This document shows, one piece after another, positions 25,401 to 39,202 of a stretch of DNA of 64,000 nucleotides. Both the position numbers and the translations under genes were made by a program. The stretch is taken from the NCBI GenBank assembly GCA_964016885.1, contig OZ024750.1:6262001-6326000 (forward strand), written 5' to 3'. How positions within the stretch are numbered: the first letter of the stretch is position 1; the number at the start of each line of letters is the position of its first letter. The DNA is from Eledone cirrhosa. Its lineage: Eukaryota. The notes under the pieces were generated by a model that saw only the letters and a program-made list of their open reading frames with translations, was not told the DNA's origin and did not search any database.

Positions 25401-25569
25401 AGGATTCTATTTGAATCATCGGCAGAGTTCATATGAAATTAACATGAATTTCATGAGCAGGATTTTCGTATGTGTATGTATGTGTTGCTTAACATTCTGA
25501 AATAGCACTTCAGAGCTCTATGTTTGCACTTGTTCAAACGATACAGGAATATATATATATATATAAAAG

Positions 25570-25721
25570 AAATAGGATTTCGTTTCAAGCATAGCTTTAT
25601 ACAATATGTATATATATTTCGTATCTCCAGCAGTGCTTCTGCTGGACATCACCAGAGGGCGTTAACCCCCCGGTGTTTGCATAGCTACGGCTTCCTAAAA
25701 CCGTATTTCCTTGGAGATACG

Positions 25722-25730
<9 letters not shown>
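25570..25730 (+). mobile_element. Family H element lacking its hammerhead
   Basis: Reverse-complement similarity to 29200-29392; the ribozyme segment is replaced by an inverted copy of the 3' end. Confidence 0.75.
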
Positions 25731-25759
<29 letters not shown>

Positions 25760-25875
25760 GCCAGCACCAACAGTTTTGCAAGAGATGTCAACATGAATAG
25801 ACCTGTTATTTTTATCTAAAGACATTTTTTCCAACTCCGTCCCGCCCGTCCCTTCAATCTGTCTTATTTCTCATT

Positions 25876-25916
25876 CTTTCTTCTGATGAAGGACTAGCAT
25901 CCGAAAAGTTAAGACC
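25876..25916 (+). ncRNA. Minimal hammerhead-like motif (family I)
   Basis: TCTT-CTGATGA (25883)-aGGA ctagca TCC-GAAA (25903)-AG-TT-AAGA; stem I TCTT/AAGA. Confidence 0.55.
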
Positions 25917-26009
25917 CTCTTCCTGCTATATCAAACGTTAATCTAATATATCCCTTCCATATACTGTACCGATTGTGTTGTTATTTCTGTTTACCTTTTA
26001 CATACATAC

Positions 26010-26063
<54 letters not shown>

Positions 26064-26065
<2 letters not shown>

Positions 26066-26185
26066 CGAAGGAGTTGTGGTAAGGAACCACATGGACCATA
26101 ACGCACCAGAGTACTCAATACTTGAGTCCAGAAATAGCCATCGAAACGGGTTGAGCTCTGCCGTCGGGGTCATACTTTTCCTATA
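26064..26185. mobile_element. Rearranged family B element in (TA)n
   Basis: Left part is the inverted tail; right part is the hammerhead 3' half CGAAACGG...GCCGTCGGGGTC. Confidence 0.75.
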
Positions 26186-26828
26186 TATATATAGTGCGTG
26201 TGGTGTGTATTTAGTCATTTGTCTATAAAATATTTCCTAAACCTTTTAGTGCAGCAACTTCAATTTTCCCAAATATCAAACATTTCCATTTAGATATTTA
26301 GATACAAACACAAATCCGATAGAACTATGTTGTCATGGTAACACACTTGTGTCTAGTGAATTTTATATACAAACATAAAATAATTAACTTAAAAGAAACC
26401 AAAATTGTTTTAATTTCCCACGCACTACTTGAGTAAAGAAAATATATGATTTCTTACATGCATTTAAAGAAATATAACGATAGTATATATATATCTTAAA
26501 TTAAATGAAAAATAAAATCGGAAGGTCAGCCAGAAGAGATGAAGTTCAGGTTTTGTATCTATATTTACACAAAGATTGTCTATAAAATATAAATAAAATA
26601 TTTATAGATTATATTCCTACTATATGCCATTCTACTAGTTACGTGGAACATGATTGTATGTTGATGTTCTTTCTTGTAGACACAATATATACTTATAAGA
26701 AACTAATCCTTTGGAAATATAAAAATCTAGCGTTCTGTAGGCGGATTTGGAAAGATTAACAAGTGAAAGTTTCCCATGAAAAATTTCTAGAGAAATAAAT
26801 CACATTATGAATTGAAAAGATAAGATTC

Positions 26829-26905
<77 letters not shown>

Positions 26906-27558
26906 GAAACAAAAACATAATACTTTAATTTTAACTTCTATCTTATGCTTTTGTTTTTAAGTAATCTCTTGTTTTGAGGAGAATTTTAATCGTTGTTTTT
27001 AGTCCACTGTGGAGGGACATGGCCCTATTCTGTTCCTTTTCTTCAAAATTAGAAAGGACGATATTCAGCTAGTAGTTTGACCGTAAGCCCTTGAACCTAA
27101 CCAGGCAGCTTTGTTTAAAAATCATGTAATCTCTTTATCTCTCTCCATATATCTATCTATATATATATATAGATAGATAGATATAGTGAAAAAAAGTGTG
27201 GACGTTAGAAAACGTTCTATACAGATCACGTTTATATCCATGGGCTACAAGAACCAAGAGGGAGGAGACAAGCATTATTACCAAACATACCAGCAACAGC
27301 CTTGCACAATCTCCGGACTTGCTAGCAAATCCTTGGCAGGTCTATCTATGTATATATATATATTTTAATATTAATAACTCCAGAAAATTATTTTTCGTTG
27401 AGTGCTTCCAATCTACTGTAAAACTCATTCTTTGACATAATCATTGAATATTGTTTAACAATTTAATATATATATTGCTCCCAACTGGTTGAGCGCTTTT
27501 CTATACAATAGATTGCATATTCTATAAATATGGATTTCTTAAACTTCCCGACTTCCCT

Positions 27559-27593
<35 letters not shown>

Positions 27594-27669
27594 GTATCTA
27601 TGTATGTACATACATACAAATGTGAATTTTTGGCAAGAAAACAGAGTTATAATAACCAGCTCTATGTCC

Positions 27670-27880
27670 TCGATTATCAGAGGAGTTTCAACGTCGGATC
27701 AAGTTCTTTACTGTATTCATTCTGGTTGTCTGAGCTCTGCGTTCAAATCCCGCCGAGGTCAACTTTGCCTCTTGTCCAACAGATATCGATAAAATAAAGT
27801 ACCAATTTAGTTCTGCTGTCGATATAATCAGATTTCGTTTTCTCGCAAATTGCTGGTTTTGTGCCTAAATTAAAATCATT
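27670..27880 (+). mobile_element. Degenerate SINE family 1 copy
   Basis: GTTCAAATCCCGCCGAGGTCAACTTTGCC...CGATAAAATAAAGTACCA...TTGTGCCTAAA. Confidence 0.75.
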
Positions 27881-28805
27881 ATATGATCTCCTCGGATTAA
27901 TTAGAGAGTGAAGCACGCCTTCATCATCACAGATGACGTAAAATAATATAGAATTTATGTGGAAGTATCGCTAACCAAACGCTTTGTACAACTTTATGTG
28001 CAACACACATTTCATTTTGAAGAACTATTTTGTTTAGAAGTTTCTACACGGTTTTAAATCTTCAGATACATTTTTAAAAAATTTGTTTCTAAAATACGTA
28101 AATTTATCCTTAATATCGTATTAGCATCTCCCCCAAAATATTTTCTTTAACTATTGTCTTTATTGATTCATAAAATTAAATTTTGGAGTGATTAATGTAA
28201 GGTTATACGTTAAAAAATATTATATTTCAACTGTAGATGTAAATAGAAAAAATGAACATATTTTCCACGAACTTCAAAAGGCGTTTGGGAAAACTTAATG
28301 AACCAATAAAACTAAATGAAAATCTCAAGACATTTTTAAAAATAAAATTACACGGATGTTTCTCTAGTTAATTAAAATAAGATTGCTTGTTCTAAAGTGA
28401 ATTTATGACTTATACCATCTGCTGAAAAAAAGAACGCACTTTATATACTCACTATAGTGGAAAACAGCTTTGACTGAAATTCACTTTTTATTAGTTTATG
28501 ATATAAAACATACAGGAATTCATGATTATATATGACTGTTACTAAAATCATATATTAATGTTTAATGTATATAATATTTTACCTGCTATGGTATGTGTAA
28601 CATATAAATCAGTATTTGCTGAGAAAATATATTTAATTTTAAATTAAATCTGTCTTCTTTGAACGAGGCGATAAATTCAAGGAAATTCTAATTTGCTTTG
28701 TTTTGGTGTTTGCTACGTATAACGAAACGCTGATAAATTATATCTTATCATTAAGGAATTACAAGGCACATTCGTTTGTAGATAATATAGGTGCATTAGT
28801 ATTTC

Positions 28806-28882
<77 letters not shown>

Positions 28883-29143
28883 ATGTGTGTGTTTTGAATG
28901 TTCAGGATAATCTATTGCATACATAGGTCTGTATATATATATGTAGCTATGTTTTTTTTCGGGGGGTGAGTAGGTATAGATTGGCATGTATATAACTCAG
29001 TATATGTGTGTTTATGTATATCTGTTTCGAGGGTGTATTTACAGATACATGTATATGTCCGCATATATGAGTCTATGTATATCTTTTAGGTAGTGGTGTA
29101 TCTATTGACACGTATATATGTTTGTAATATGTGTGGAGTGTAA

Positions 29144-29195
<52 letters not shown>

Positions 29196-29199
29196 CATG

Positions 29200-29387
29200 T
29201 ATAGAAATTTCGTATTTCTAAAGAAAAACGGTTTTAAGAAGCCGTAGCTATGCAAACACCGGGGCAAACGCCCTCTGGTGGTGTCCAGCAGAAGCAAGGG
29301 GGACAACCGTCTATGTATTTCAGGCTTGACTGGCCTTCTTCAGAAATGTCTATACATATTTGTATAAAGCTATGCTGGAAACGAAAT

Positions 29388-29392
<5 letters not shown>
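29200..29392 (-). mobile_element. Family H hammerhead element in (TA)n
   Basis: Bounded by TA-rich repeat on both sides; second copy at 25570. Confidence 0.8.
29302..29350 (-). ncRNA. Minimal type I hammerhead (family H)
   Basis: GACATTT-CTGAAGA-AGGC cagtcaa GCCT-GAAA-TACA-TA-GACGGTTGTC; perfect 4-bp stem II, interrupted stem I. Confidence 0.7.
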
Positions 29393-29479
<87 letters not shown>

Positions 29480-29483
<4 letters not shown>

Positions 29484-29576
29484 AGGAGGTGTGGTAAGGA
29501 ACCAGATGGACCATAACGCACCAGAGTACTCAATACTTAGAGTAGTAGAGTGGGTAATAGGAAAATGTTGACCCCG

Positions 29577-29581
<5 letters not shown>
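29480..29581 (-). mobile_element. Family B 3' fragment in (TA)n
   Basis: Begins GCCGTC-GGGGTC at the predicted cleavage region and runs to the tail end CCTCCTTCAC. Confidence 0.8.
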
Positions 29582-29664
<83 letters not shown>

Positions 29665-30385
29665 CACGTGTTGTAAAACATTATAAAATGTCAACAAAGA
29701 ATTCTATAATTTTATTTATCTGTTGTAGACATTCAAAATTAGAAATATTTCAGTTCAAAGCAACTAAATATCTTAGCTGGACTATATTCCCAATCTTCCT
29801 ATTTTCAGGAATATTAATTGGCAAAACCCCAACAATTATTGAATCGGTGGAAGCGGAAGGAGCTATAGTTACAGTAGTAGTAGTAGTAGTAGTAGTAGAA
29901 GTAACGATAGAGATGGTGATGTGTTGGCAATCGGAAAGATGATGATTAAAAGGTCTGAATATCTCAATATAAATATGTTGGGTTTGTTTACAAAGGCGTA
30001 GACAGAAAGAAACTTTCAAACACAATTGCTAGAGAACTGTTCAAAAGCAACCATATAGATTTAACTTTCAGAAAGTTCTATTAATTATCTACTACGTAAT
30101 TTGTAGATATGTTTCATCTAGAGAAAGGCTAATTGAGTTTAAGACTTCCTTTTGCTTCTATACGTTCTTCATGTGTAAAGAAAGAGTAATTTAGATGTTC
30201 ATTGTGGGGCGATGGCGCATTCGTTTAATTTGAAGAAAACTTACCAAAGACGTATTTCTATATACATGTTTATTATGACACACATATAATTTTATAATTT
30301 AAATATATCTATGTTAACACATGTTAACACATACGTATATGTACATATATATATGTGTGTGTGTGCTTGCGTATGAGTTTGTCGT

Positions 30386-30437
<52 letters not shown>

Positions 30438-30804
30438 GACATACATACATACATATACATACACATACTTACATATATATATACATACATACATACATAT
30501 ACATACACATACTTACATATATATATACATACATATATACATACATATATATACATATATACATACAAACATACATACATACATACATATATATATCATA
30601 TATCATGATGTATATATATCTTGAGCGGACACGACATAATTAGTGCTAGCGAAAATAGAAGAGATATTTGATGAAAAGAAATTGCGAAAATATAAAAGGA
30701 AGACGGGGGAAAGATGGGAGAGACATACGGATCACATTAACAAAAGTGAGAAGGGGGAGGGGGGTGAAGAACACAGCAAACAAGTGTTGGTGAGGAAGGG
30801 GTTA

Positions 30805-31590
30805 ATAATGGTTTCTTATATAGGCACAAGGCCAGTAATTTGGGGGGGGAGGGGAAAGTCGATTAAATCGACTCCAGTGCGTGACTGGTACTTTATTTTA
30901 TCGATCCCGTAAGGATGAAAGGCAAAGTCAACCTCGGCGGGATTTGAGTTCAGATCATAAAGGGACGTAACTCTATGCTGCAAAGCATGGCGTCCGACCC
31001 TCTACCGATACTGCCAATCCACCGTTAATAATAACAATAATGATTTCTTTAGGCACAAGGCCAGCAATTTTGGGAGAGGAGGTAAAGTCGATTAAATCGA
31101 CCCAGTACATTACTGGTACTTTATTTTATCGATCCTGTAAGGATGAAAGGCAAAGTTAACCTCGGTGGGATTTGAACTCTGTGCTGCAAACCCTGTTGTC
31201 TACCGATACTGCCAATCCACCGCTCTTAATTAATAATAATAATTATGATTTCCGGTTTAGGCACAAGGCCAGCAATTTTGGGTAGGATAAAGTCGATTAA
31301 ATCGACCTCAGTGCATTACTGGTACTGTATTTATAGACCCCGAGAGGGAAAGCTAACGTCAGCGGGATTTGAACTGAGAACGTAATGTATGCTGCAAAGC
31401 ATGGTCTTCGACGCTCAACCGATTCTGCCAATCCACAATAATGGTTTCTTTATTAGCCACACACGGCTGACATAGAGGAAGGAGTAAAGACGATACAAGA
31501 CGACACTGGCTTTTTGTGTGTATAAAAAGGTTATAACACAAGCATGGTGTCCGGCGCTCTACCGATAATGCCAATCTATACAATATTAAT
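30805..31590 (-). mobile_element. Head-to-tail array of SINE family 1 (three copies plus fragments)
   Basis: Units at about 30805-31025, 31038-31222 and 31246-31437, head fragment at 31540-31577; (TAA)n linkers. Confidence 0.9.
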
Positions 31591-31624
31591 AATAATAACT
31601 AGAAGAGAAGAAAATGACAAGCAT

Positions 31625-31695
31625 CTACTACAACTACTACCACCACTACAACTACCACCACCACTACTACTGCTGCCATCACCACTACAACAACA

Positions 31696-31761
<66 letters not shown>

Positions 31762-31790
31762 GCTGCTGCTACTGCTACTACTAACATTAC
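31625..31790. repeat. (CTA)n/(CCA)n triplet microsatellite
   Basis: Direct reading. Confidence 0.95.
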
Positions 31791-32168
31791 TGCGAAAGCA
31801 ATGGTGATGCCGAGGGGGTGACCGAGAAGAGGTAGTTGTGGATCGTTAAAGGGGACAATAAAGACAAATAAAATCAATAATATAATCTCTAACATATTAA
31901 AGATATTGGAAAACAGCAGAATGTGAGGGAAATATTGACGTTCTACATTGGTAAAACCTAACAGAAATAGATTCCTTCTCATACATTATCTCACACACAT
32001 ACACACACAATGTGTTGTGTGTGTATGTGTATCCAACCCACCTCTCTATATATTTCCCTATCTCGCCCGCCAACCGTGACCTCCTACCTCAATCTTACCA
32101 GTTCTTCAGCTATGACCATTTCTCTTCTTTTTTTATCGGTTTTCTAACCGTACAATCCACCTTTTAAT

Positions 32169-32395
32169 GGATTGGCAGTATTGGTAGAGGGTCGGACGCC
32201 ATGCTTTGCAGCATAGAGTTACGTCCCTTTACTGTCTCTGAGTTCAAATCCCGCCGAGGTTAACTTTGCCTTTCATCCTTACGGGGTCGATAAAATAAAG
32301 TAAATAAAGTACCAGTAATGCACTTGGGTCGATTTAACCGACTTTTCCCTCCCCTTCAAATTACTGGTCTTGTCCAAAAGTAGAAACAATTATTA
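32169..32395 (+). mobile_element. Full-length SINE family 1 copy
   Basis: A box TGGCAGTATTGG, B box GAGTTCAAATCC, core GCCTTTCATCCTTACGGGGTCGATAAAATAAAG, tail TAGAAACAATTATT. Confidence 0.9.
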
Positions 32396-32483
32396 TATAC
32401 ACACACCGAGCCTTCCCCATATATATAAGTACCAGTAATACACTGGGATAATTGCTTGTGCCAAAAGTAGAAACAATGTTATA

Positions 32484-32660
32484 TGAGGGTCGTCTAAAAT
32501 GTCCATAGGCTAACTATGAAGGAGTGATGCTAGAGATGTGAAATCTTGCCTGCATCAATTTCAACTCTTACTTTCTAGGAAATATGTTAAAAAATATACC
32601 TCATTTGGTCATTCCATGATGTCATCTTAGACAGCCTATGAACCTTTCAGCCGACCCTCG
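32484..32660. mobile_element. Mariner-type MITE
   Basis: Imperfect 28-bp TIRs TGAGGGTCGTCTAAAATGTCCATAGGCT / AGCCTATGAACCTTTCAGCCGACCCTCG, flanked by TA and TG. Confidence 0.8.
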
Positions 32661-32675
32661 TGTGGCTGTGTGTAT

Positions 32676-32744
<69 letters not shown>

Positions 32745-32874
32745 TATGTGTGTAGTTTTGTATATACTTACACTTGAACATATATCATAAGAACTAGAGG
32801 TCTACATGCGAGTGGTTGTATAAATTTGTATATATTTATACCTACATGTATATTAGATTGTGTTTAGATAAACG

Positions 32875-32975
32875 TATATGTATATGTGTATATGTGTATA
32901 TGTGTATATGTGTATATGTGTGTATGTGTATATGTGTATATGTGTATATGTGTATATGTGTATATGTGTGTATGT
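32875..32975. repeat. (TGTATATG)n-type microsatellite
   Basis: Direct reading. Confidence 0.9.
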
Positions 32976-33049
32976 AGTTGTCTCTGAATACAGAGAAATA
33001 CACTTACATACACACATACACACACACATACGCACACACATTCATATAT

Positions 33050-33215
33050 ATATTCCACTGATTTGATCAGAGACACACACTGTATTCAAGGTCGAGTGAC
33101 ACAACTTCGAGTGACCAGCGACCTTTAGACTCACCTGATCAATGAAACAATTGTTAATACTGTAAATAAAACCCTTTTTTTTACAGCCGACCATCTTATT
33201 CTTCACTCTTTCACT
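33050..33215 (+). mobile_element. Family F element (hammerhead-like, long stem II)
   Basis: TTGATCAG...CTGATCAA stem, GAAA (33144), palindrome CAATTG, then TT-AATAC; reverse-complement match to 56699-56860. Confidence 0.7.
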
Positions 33216-33227
33216 ATATTATATGTG

Positions 33228-33258
<31 letters not shown>

Positions 33259-33259
33259 G

Positions 33260-33334
<75 letters not shown>

Positions 33335-33370
33335 ATATAATATAGTGAAAGAGTGAAGAATATATCATAT

Positions 33371-33414
<44 letters not shown>

Positions 33415-33436
33415 ATATATATATATATATATATAT

Positions 33437-33482
<46 letters not shown>

Positions 33483-33764
33483 ATATAAATATGAGTGTGT
33501 GTCTCGCTTTCCTCTTCTTTCTCTTTCTTTCTCACTCTTTTCTCCCTTTCTCACTCATCCATTTTTCTCTCTATCTCTCCCTCTCTCTGTCTCCCTTCGT
33601 CACTCTCTCTTCCTCTCTTGCTCTACAGTATCATACTTATTTTATTTACACATGATATTTGTTGTTGTTGTGATTGTTGCTGTAGCAGCATTATTCCTCA
33701 TACGTTTAAGGTGTGAATACATTCAGCGTCTGCTGTGCCTATGGTAAGCCTCTCACACAATCCT

Positions 33765-34120
33765 TCCTTAGAAAAATATTGTAAATTGTTCGGGCTTCAA
33801 TGTTACGTCTGGTGGAATGGTATTACTTTGCAGACATTTCTTTTGGCAGCTGATGATGATATGAGTGATATATCCTCCACATTGCTGTGGCACAATCAAC
33901 ATTTCCTATTATAACGTGCTTGTTTGGAAAGCATCCTTATCGCTTTTATTGGTGAGTTATTTAGTAACTATCTCCTATTCGAGAATAGCAAAGGTGTAGA
34001 CTTGTTTCTAGTTGGGATGTAATATGTCTATCATACTTCTAGGAGTGGCCATTCTTCCTGTCAATGTCGTTGTTATCATCTAACTTGCTAGATATCTACC
34101 CATGCATAACTTACTGATAT
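33765..34120 (-). pseudogene. Decayed R4-like LINE fragment with CCHC zinc knuckle
   Basis: Minus strand: MHG..., TFAILE*EIVTK*LTNK, KC*LCHSNVEDITHIIISC, RRNIEARTIY (AxQEQ, CRLC...HI...C and RHD-like motifs in order). Confidence 0.7.
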
Positions 34121-34382
34121 TGGGAGTATTTCTCCAGTAAATATCGAAATAGGTTAGTTCACTGGCCTTTCAGTCACATACAACATATCTACACCTACTC
34201 TCACGATGTTATATTCTCCGTACAACACACACGTACAAGTACTAACGTCTTTATTTACTAGTAATCTCTTAACTATGAGATGTGGCACTGAACATTCATA
34301 TGGACACAGCTTACCCCTCTGCCTCTCACCCACGTCTTTATATAAATTATGTTAATGACAGTGATCTGTTTGTGTTACCATT

Positions 34383-34550
34383 AGCATGGCTTAGTGGTTA
34401 GAGCGTCGGACTTACAGTTGTGAGGTTGTGAGTTCGATTCTCGGACCGGGCCTTGCGTTGTGTTCTTGAGCAAGGCACTTTATTTCAAGTTGTTCCAGTT
34501 TATTCAGCTGTAGAAATGAGCGGTGACGTCACAGGTGTCAAGCTGTATGC
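34383..34550 (+). mobile_element. SINE family 2 copy
   Basis: TGGCTTAGTGG A box, GAGTTCGATTC B box, TGTTCTTGAGCAAGGCAC core. Confidence 0.85.
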
Positions 34551-34589
34551 GTTTTTCTACGTTTATACTTATATACTCATGCATACACT

Positions 34590-34765
34590 CAATGTCCTTG
34601 GTCCTAGGGCTACTCCCTTATTCACCACCATAGGCGCTGAGTTGGCAAGCCGCAGGTGTGAGCCTCGCGAGTTGGAATGAATTTTCCAGTGCATCTCCCT
34701 TACCATCTTCCGGGGAAATCCCTTCTCCACCCTGCCCGACAGGGCTGTGGGGAGGCCAGCACGTG
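34590..34765 (+). mobile_element. CRE-clade LINE 3' fragment
   Basis: VLGPRATPLFTTIGAELASRRCEPRELE*IFQCISLTIFRGNPFSTL; GC-rich; paralogous to 39706-39930. Confidence 0.7.
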
Positions 34766-35805
34766 GGAAAATACTTTTAAAAAGAAACTTATATACTCAT
34801 GCACATATTCAATTGTAATGAATTGTGCGTGTGTGTATGTGTGTGTGTGTATGTGTGTGTGCGTGTGTGTGTGTGTGTGCGTGTGTGTGTGTTTACAGAG
34901 ACGTGAGGAATTGAATGACGAACTTAGACGTATTGTTTTAGAACAAGGTAGACCAAGATAACAGGAGAGATAATACACAACTAGACGAGCGTCTCTTAAA
35001 TAGGTCCACTTAATCTTTTCGTCCGTAGAATGTCCATGGGTCCCTCTACATAGATTTTCAGTTCTATTAATACTTTGGCGATATTTTCTAATTACTTGAG
35101 TCATTCCCGTTTTCCAGTTGGGAAAAACAATTTCGAGAACGAACAAAAAAAAAAAAAAGAAAAAAAAAAGAAATTGATGAAGTTAATTATATAACCGATA
35201 TCGTATTAATTAGAATTATAAATTAAAAGTTTTGATAAGGATTATATAATTAAATGCCTCAATGATAATAACTACTATGGTAAATATAAATAATCTAAAT
35301 AATGCTGTCTTTGTATCTAGCGGCCTTTCATTAATATAATCCATCTTCTGTATCTCTAGATTTCTCATTAGTTAACCATTGGTAATTCCATTTTCTTTTG
35401 TCATTAAACATTATGTTAACGTCTCTTGACAATATTGTATTCCGTTTCAGATTATCATGCTTGTACTATTCTATTTATTGTGTAGACGGTTAATTAGCAG
35501 AGTCGTTAGAGCGTCCGATAGAATGCTTTGCGGTGTTCTTTCAGGCTCACTGTACTTTCATATGACAATCTATCGAGGTCATCTTTGCATTTCACCATTT
35601 CGAGATCGATAACAAAAAATACCAGTCAAATACTGGAGTCGATTCATCGCCTATATCTCCTTTTTTCTCACTTCCTCTTTAACACATCGACACTTAATTT
35701 TCTTTCTTTACTTCTCAGGAAGAAATCGGTTCTTTTCATATACGTATGTGTATATCTGAATATATATGTCCATGTTTTTCTAATATTAATCTTGACTTTA
35801 AAGGT

Positions 35806-36025
35806 GGGTAGATTGGCAGTATCAGTAAGGTGTCGGGTGATATACTTTGCGGTGTATAGTTACGTCTCCTTAAGTTCTGAGTTGAAATCCTGCCGAGGTT
35901 AGCTTTGCCTTTCATCCTTACGTGATCGATAAAATAAAGCACCAGTAATGTACTGGATTCGATTCAATCGATTTTCCCCTCCCCTAAAATTGCTAGCCTT
36001 GTGCCTATAGTAGAAATCATTATTA
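35806..36025 (+). mobile_element. SINE family 1 copy
   Basis: Head, core and tail recognisable; further decayed copies at about 35488-35660 (+) and 36170-36340 (-). Confidence 0.85.
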
Positions 36026-36406
36026 ATGTTGAGTTTATTTTTAACCGGCCACCTTCCTGGTGGGAAGGTTGTGGTAAAAAAGAAAAGTTTCATCTTCCCA
36101 TGTGCTGTTGTTCATCCTCTCAGTCATAGGAATGTTTTACAGATCTTGAAGTTTCGAAGATATCGCCCCAAAGAAACAGGGGGATTGGGATCGAATTATT
36201 GACACCAGTACATTACTGGTATTATATTTATTGACCCCAGAAGAATGCAAGTGATATCGTTAGAATCTGAAATCAAAGCGTAAAGAACCGGAACAATTAT
36301 CCTGTTGTTAAATCTAGCTTACGAATCTGTTAACCAATCGTCCTCTGTGTATATACATCTAAATCTATAAATGTGTGTATGTCAGTGGAACTATATAAGA
36401 ATGTGA

Positions 36407-36472
<66 letters not shown>

Positions 36473-36531
36473 TGAGAAGAACTCAATGCAAGAAATATAT
36501 ATATATATACAATGAAAACTCAAAGCAAGAA

Positions 36532-36581
<50 letters not shown>

Positions 36582-36764
36582 TTGTGTGTGTATCTATATG
36601 CGTATGGGTTTGGGTATGTATAAGTAAGTGCGTATGTGCTGATGGGTGCGTGCGTAAATGTGAATTGACTGGTGTGTTCTATAGTATATATGTACACATC
36701 TGCCCGCATCAATATATATATATGTGTACGTCTGCATATGAGAGTGTTTGTCTATTCAAATATG

Positions 36765-36799
<35 letters not shown>

Positions 36800-37053
36800 A
36801 TATGAATGAAAGATATGAAGCTTTGAGCAGTCAGCTGATCACGTGAAGATCGGTCAGCTGTTGAATACAATGGCATTCAGCCGATGTGAAATACACTAGA
36901 CAACTCCTTTACAAGTGTTCCAAGTTTGGGGACAAAAATGGTCGAAGATCTCTTCTTTCCCACTTTACCTTCACAACAAATTATTTCCTGTCTATCAATT
37001 GCATTCTTCCTTTGTTATAATTCTTTCTGTCTACTTCTTTCCTATCCCCCTCT

Positions 37054-37084
<31 letters not shown>

Positions 37085-37198
37085 GCTATGTATTTTGGTC
37101 TCATTTGCCATAGGTCTCTTTGTTGATTCATTTCGATCTTCCATTCTACTATTAAGTCTTCACAAAATGTTCTTTCTCTTTTAAATTGTGTGTCTCTT

Positions 37199-37265
<67 letters not shown>

Positions 37266-37343
37266 ATACATAGCTAAATATATATATATATATACATGTG
37301 TGTGTCTACGTATAAATGTGTGGCTGTATGTCTACACACACAC

Positions 37344-37383
<40 letters not shown>

Positions 37384-37458
37384 AAACACAGAGAATTATC
37401 CATATGATTATTTTAAGAGGTTTTCTTTGTAGTTGTGTGACATATGATATGTGTCTGC

Positions 37459-37523
<65 letters not shown>

Positions 37524-37525
<2 letters not shown>

Positions 37526-37585
37526 AAAAGTGTCAGGAGCACGACGGCTGAGCTCCGGCCGTTTCGACAGCTAGATCTGAACTAT
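37524..37585 (-). mobile_element. Family B fragment (hammerhead 3' half)
   Basis: Minus strand AGATCTAGCTGTC-GAAA-CGGC cggagctca GCCG-TC. Confidence 0.7.
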
Positions 37586-37595
37586 ATAAATTTTA

Positions 37596-37648
37596 AAACT
37601 TGACTGACGAGCCTGTTAATACATAGGTGAAACTCCAGTTACAAAACT
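37596..37648 (+). ncRNA. Type I hammerhead-like motif (family J)
   Basis: CTGACGA (37604)-GCCTGT taatac ATAGGT-GAAA (37629)-CT cc AG-TT; stem I weak. Confidence 0.6.
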
Positions 37649-37668
37649 CATCGCTTAGCCATCACGAA

Positions 37669-37736
<68 letters not shown>

Positions 37737-37872
37737 AGGGAGAGAGAGAGGGAGAGAGAGAGAGAGAGAGAGATTGAGATTTTCTACATGAAGCCTAATT
37801 CTGATACATTCTGGTCATACGTACTCACACTCACACATATTCATCTAAATTTTCTCCCCCTCCCCCACCCAC

Positions 37873-37943
<71 letters not shown>

Positions 37944-38043
37944 CATATATTATATTGATTATTAGACAATCATATATACGCAGAGAGAAATATATTTAAT
38001 TTACTCCAAAACATATACTATATGTGCATGCATATATATATAT

Positions 38044-38092
<49 letters not shown>

Positions 38093-38769
38093 CATATATA
38101 TATTTTCATATATATACATTCATTCATATATATGTGTGTGTGTGTGCGTGTACATATGTATACGTACACGTCCATACATATTCATAAATTCTTATAGGAA
38201 TATGTGTGTGTATACATACACACATATATACATACATACACATATATAAGTAGATAGACAGACAGATAGATAGATATAATTTACATCACCCTCATTGATA
38301 TTTAGAATTTGTCTTATTATTAAAATGATTTATCTGTGTGTTTTTTTAGTGGTCGATATTTAATAATTTTCTGTGAAGTAGCTGGAGGAACATTTCTATG
38401 CAAAGTAGAGAAAAAAATGGGGTAATAATAACGAAGAGTTGAAGACTGAGAGAATTCTAGATAGAAGCGATTGTAGATTAAAGTGATGAACTATTTCATA
38501 TAAATATGTTATTCAAATAATATCATGTAATTTTACTTTCTTCTCATATGTTCTTATTTAAGGTGTAATTTGAAGTTGTAAGAAAGAGAACATTTTATTA
38601 TTATATTGAGTCGGTGAATACCTCTTAGTCTGTGTCTATATATGGTATATGTGTCTGTGTATGTATCTGTGAGTGTGTTTGTGTGCGTGAATATATGCGT
38701 TAAAGAGAGGGGGCTAGAGAGCGTAACTCTCTCTCTCTATCTATATATATATATATATAAATATATATG

Positions 38770-38851
<82 letters not shown>

Positions 38852-38892
38852 CATATATATGTATATATATATATATTTATACACATATATAT

Positions 38893-39202
38893 GTGGTTAG
38901 AGAATTGGATTCGCAAGCGTAAGGTTGTGAGTTCGATTCCTGGACCAGGCGATGCGTTATGTCCTTGAGCAAGACACTTTATTTCACGTTGCTCCTTCTA
39001 CCTGGAGTTGCGACCGATAGATAGTATTAGCAATTGGAAAAACCAACGGAAACATTGTTCCCTCGGTCCGATTTGACGAAAGTCGATCGTTTCAAAAAAA
39101 GAAGTTGACTTTACCTTTCATCCTTACGGGGTCGATAAAAAATAAAGTACCAGTAATGCACTGGGTAATTGCTGGCCTTGTGCCTAAAGTAGAAACAATT
39201 AT
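38893..39202 (+). mobile_element. SINE family 2 body followed by the 3' half of SINE family 1
   Basis: 38893-39090 matches 18378-18578; 39103-39202 is the family 1 core and tail. Confidence 0.8.

Noticed and set aside
37058-37085. (TATC)n tract as another Tx1 insertion site
   Set aside because: No element sequence adjoins it; at most an empty potential target
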